Assembly: GCF_022539665.2 (NCBI RefSeq)
Contig: NC_081332.1
Span: 3,534,001 to 3,598,000, forward strand
Length of the DNA: 64,000 nt
Direction: 5' to 3'
DNA from: Daphnia carinata
Lineage: Eukaryota
Shown here: piece after piece, positions 62,057-64,000 of the stretch
Layout: the number at the start of each line of letters is the position of its first letter
Numbering within the stretch: position 1 is the stretch's first letter
The notes under the pieces: model-generated
Told to the model about the DNA's origin: nothing
What the model saw: the letters and a program-made list of their open reading frames with translations, nothing else
Database searches by the model: none
Program-made: the position numbers and the translations under genes

Positions 62057-63405
62057 AGACACGATAACAAATGATCGTAAAGACAATGATACAAAAAAAA
62101 AGCAAAGAAGACAGCCATTAAAAGGCAACTTCATCATAAAAAATAACAGTTGGGATATTCATTGTATCTGGAAGGAAAGAGTCGACAAAATGAGGCAATG
62201 GAATCTGAAGATATTTCCCAATCATGTGTATGTGTATTTTTTTTTTTTTAATTTTTTTTTTTCCTTTTTTTTAATTTTCATTTTTCCTTTTGCCGTACGA
62301 CCTATTCATGAGCGCGACTCTCGGAATTTTTTTGACCCAATTGTCATCTGTTAGAATGTAGATATGATTCTTTGGGTTTAGATTAAACATACACAACCAA
62401 CCAAAACAAAACAACCGAAAGAGCCAAAAAAAAAAAACAAGAAAAAATTCGAAACTTCGAAAGATGAATCATATGAAGGGTGCGCTAGTGTCGGGCGAAT
62501 TGCGTCGGATCTTTTTTTTTTTTAATTTATAATTTTTTTTTTTGAATGCACCTAGAAGACGATACAACGTGCTAGAGGTACTTACGTAGATGGAACTCGA
62601 AAAGAGTGTTGGACGTGACCAGCCATATATTGGGTAGGGAAGCTTATATAGACCTCCCCCTTTCCCTTATCCCGAAAATTTGGTTGTCCGTCTTCCAACC
62701 CTTCCCTCTTGCATTTGCCTTTGGCATTCTCTTGATTGTTTTCGATTTTGCAAGCAAAACGTGCAAACAAAAAAGTGAGGATCGTTTTCTTTGTCAGATC
62801 GAATTTTGTGAATCCATTTTTGCGACATTAGTTTTTTTCCTTCTATCTTTCCCAAGTTAATTTACCCTCTTTGCACCTCCATTTCTCTATTATCTCTTGT
62901 TTTTCATTTTTTGATATAAATAACACGAGGTTGACGATGTCATTGGGATTGCTGCGAGCGAATTGTGAATGTAGTTTGTTGGGTGTATTATTATTATCCC
63001 CCTTTCTTTGCCTTGTTACATGCACTTTATCTCTATGGTCTTCTCACTGACTTCTCTTATGCTTCTCCATACGAGTCTTTTTTTTTTTTTGTTGGATGTC
63101 GTCAATTTCGTAAGCGAGATGGGGATACGCATCGTGTAGGCTTATGTTTTGTTTTTTTTCTTCCCCATTTCATTTTTGTCTCGTACCCTTATTTTTTTCT
63201 TAATTTTTTTGGTCCCATAATGCCTTGATCCAATTCCTTTTTTATTTTTGCCTTACAATTTCGTTGAAAGACGGGATCATGAAATCCGTGTTGTATGAAA
63301 ACCGGCTGCTAGACCCTCCCCGCTCCCCCCATTGCTCGTTTTTGCCCTCCTCTATTCAATTTTTTTTTTTCACCTATGATTTGTACCAAGTGGAGGGTTG
63401 AGTAA

Positions 63406-63411
63406 AATAAA
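63406..63411 (+). terminator. Candidate mask polyadenylation signal (3'UTR ~1.35 kb)
   Basis: AATAAA at the end of the U-rich region that follows the mask stop; composition changes afterwards. Confidence 0.45.
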
Positions 63412-63491
63412 ACAAAAATATTGCAATGCCAGGAGGAACTCCCTATTAGGCCGTCTAGGGATGATCTGGAAGTAATCCAAGCAGTGAGGAA

Positions 63492-63572
63492 CACATTCCA
63501 ACGGCGATGATGGTCCAAGCATGGTATTCACGTTTTATGCGTGTTGCTAGCTGCTGAGCCGTTGTCAATGTG
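63492..63572 (+). ncRNA. Candidate box C/D-like (kink-turn) structured RNA
   Basis: Terminal stems CACATT/AATGTG and CAACGGC/GCCGTTG flank a C-like box ATGATG(G) (63507-63513) and a D box CTGA (63554-63557). Confidence 0.4.
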
Positions 63573-64000
63573 CGAAGTAAAATCACGAGCGTTCAATGTT
63601 GCTCCCCTAACAGATGGCGGTAATATTGCGTATCAGGCTTGGTGACCCATTTAACTTGCTGTTTTTGTTTACAGGCATTTTTTCAATTGTTCTATTTCAA
63701 AACGCAGTTAAGTAATGGGCGTATCAGGGGAATATCAGATATTGTTTTCTCCCGCTCCAAGCTCGATCAGCAAATATTAAAAATTCGGGAAGGGCAGAGT
63801 CCCGTGACCGCGACATGCCAAATCAAATGTGGCTGAATCTAGGCAGAAAATGAAGTGTTAAAAATATGTAGGGTTAAAGATCTTGTGGGATGTTATGGCA
63901 CGTTGTTCAATCGCAATTCGTTGCCCCCGGAGACCGGACCACAAGGTGGGTTGGTTATAAATCGATTTACATAAATTGCTTGCTTACTACGTTGTTTTTG

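Noticed and set aside
63507..63557. SECIS interpretation of the ATGA...GA hairpin
   Set aside because: No unpaired AA at the expected ~11-12 nt from the core, and the upstream gene (mask) has no in-frame TGA.

Overview
Eukaryotic, arthropod-type genomic DNA. The many 56-90 nt introns, the gene content and the homopolymer-rich intergenic DNA suggest a crustacean such as Daphnia (inference, not verified). Gene order: (1) 3' end of a lysosomal alpha-mannosidase (+, 1-370); (2) a BTB-zinc-finger gene I recognise as the mamo orthologue (-, CDS 22846-10861), with two shared exons and two alternative phase-0 terminal zinc-finger exons (2 ZF versus 5 ZF), a possible ~10 kb 3'UTR and ~20 kb of upstream DNA with no supportable gene; (3) two tandem Ly6/three-finger GPI-anchored genes (-), CG6583-like and crooked; (4) kelch (+, 13 exons), divergent from crooked; (5) mask/ANKHD1 (+, 15 exons, ~3416 aa). 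Exon boundaries were read by hand from GT/AG sites, and the kelch, mask, Ly6 and mamo models sum to whole codons. Orthology calls rest on remembered protein motifs, not on a search. Best leads: the mamo terminal-exon switch and a possible BTB-less form, strongly base-paired elements in mask introns 1 and 3, a uORF overlapping the mask start, a PAM2-like motif in Mask, a C/D-type kink-turn hairpin just past the mask poly(A) signal, and CTCF-like sites at gene boundaries. No prokaryotic features, CRISPR arrays or intact transposons were seen.
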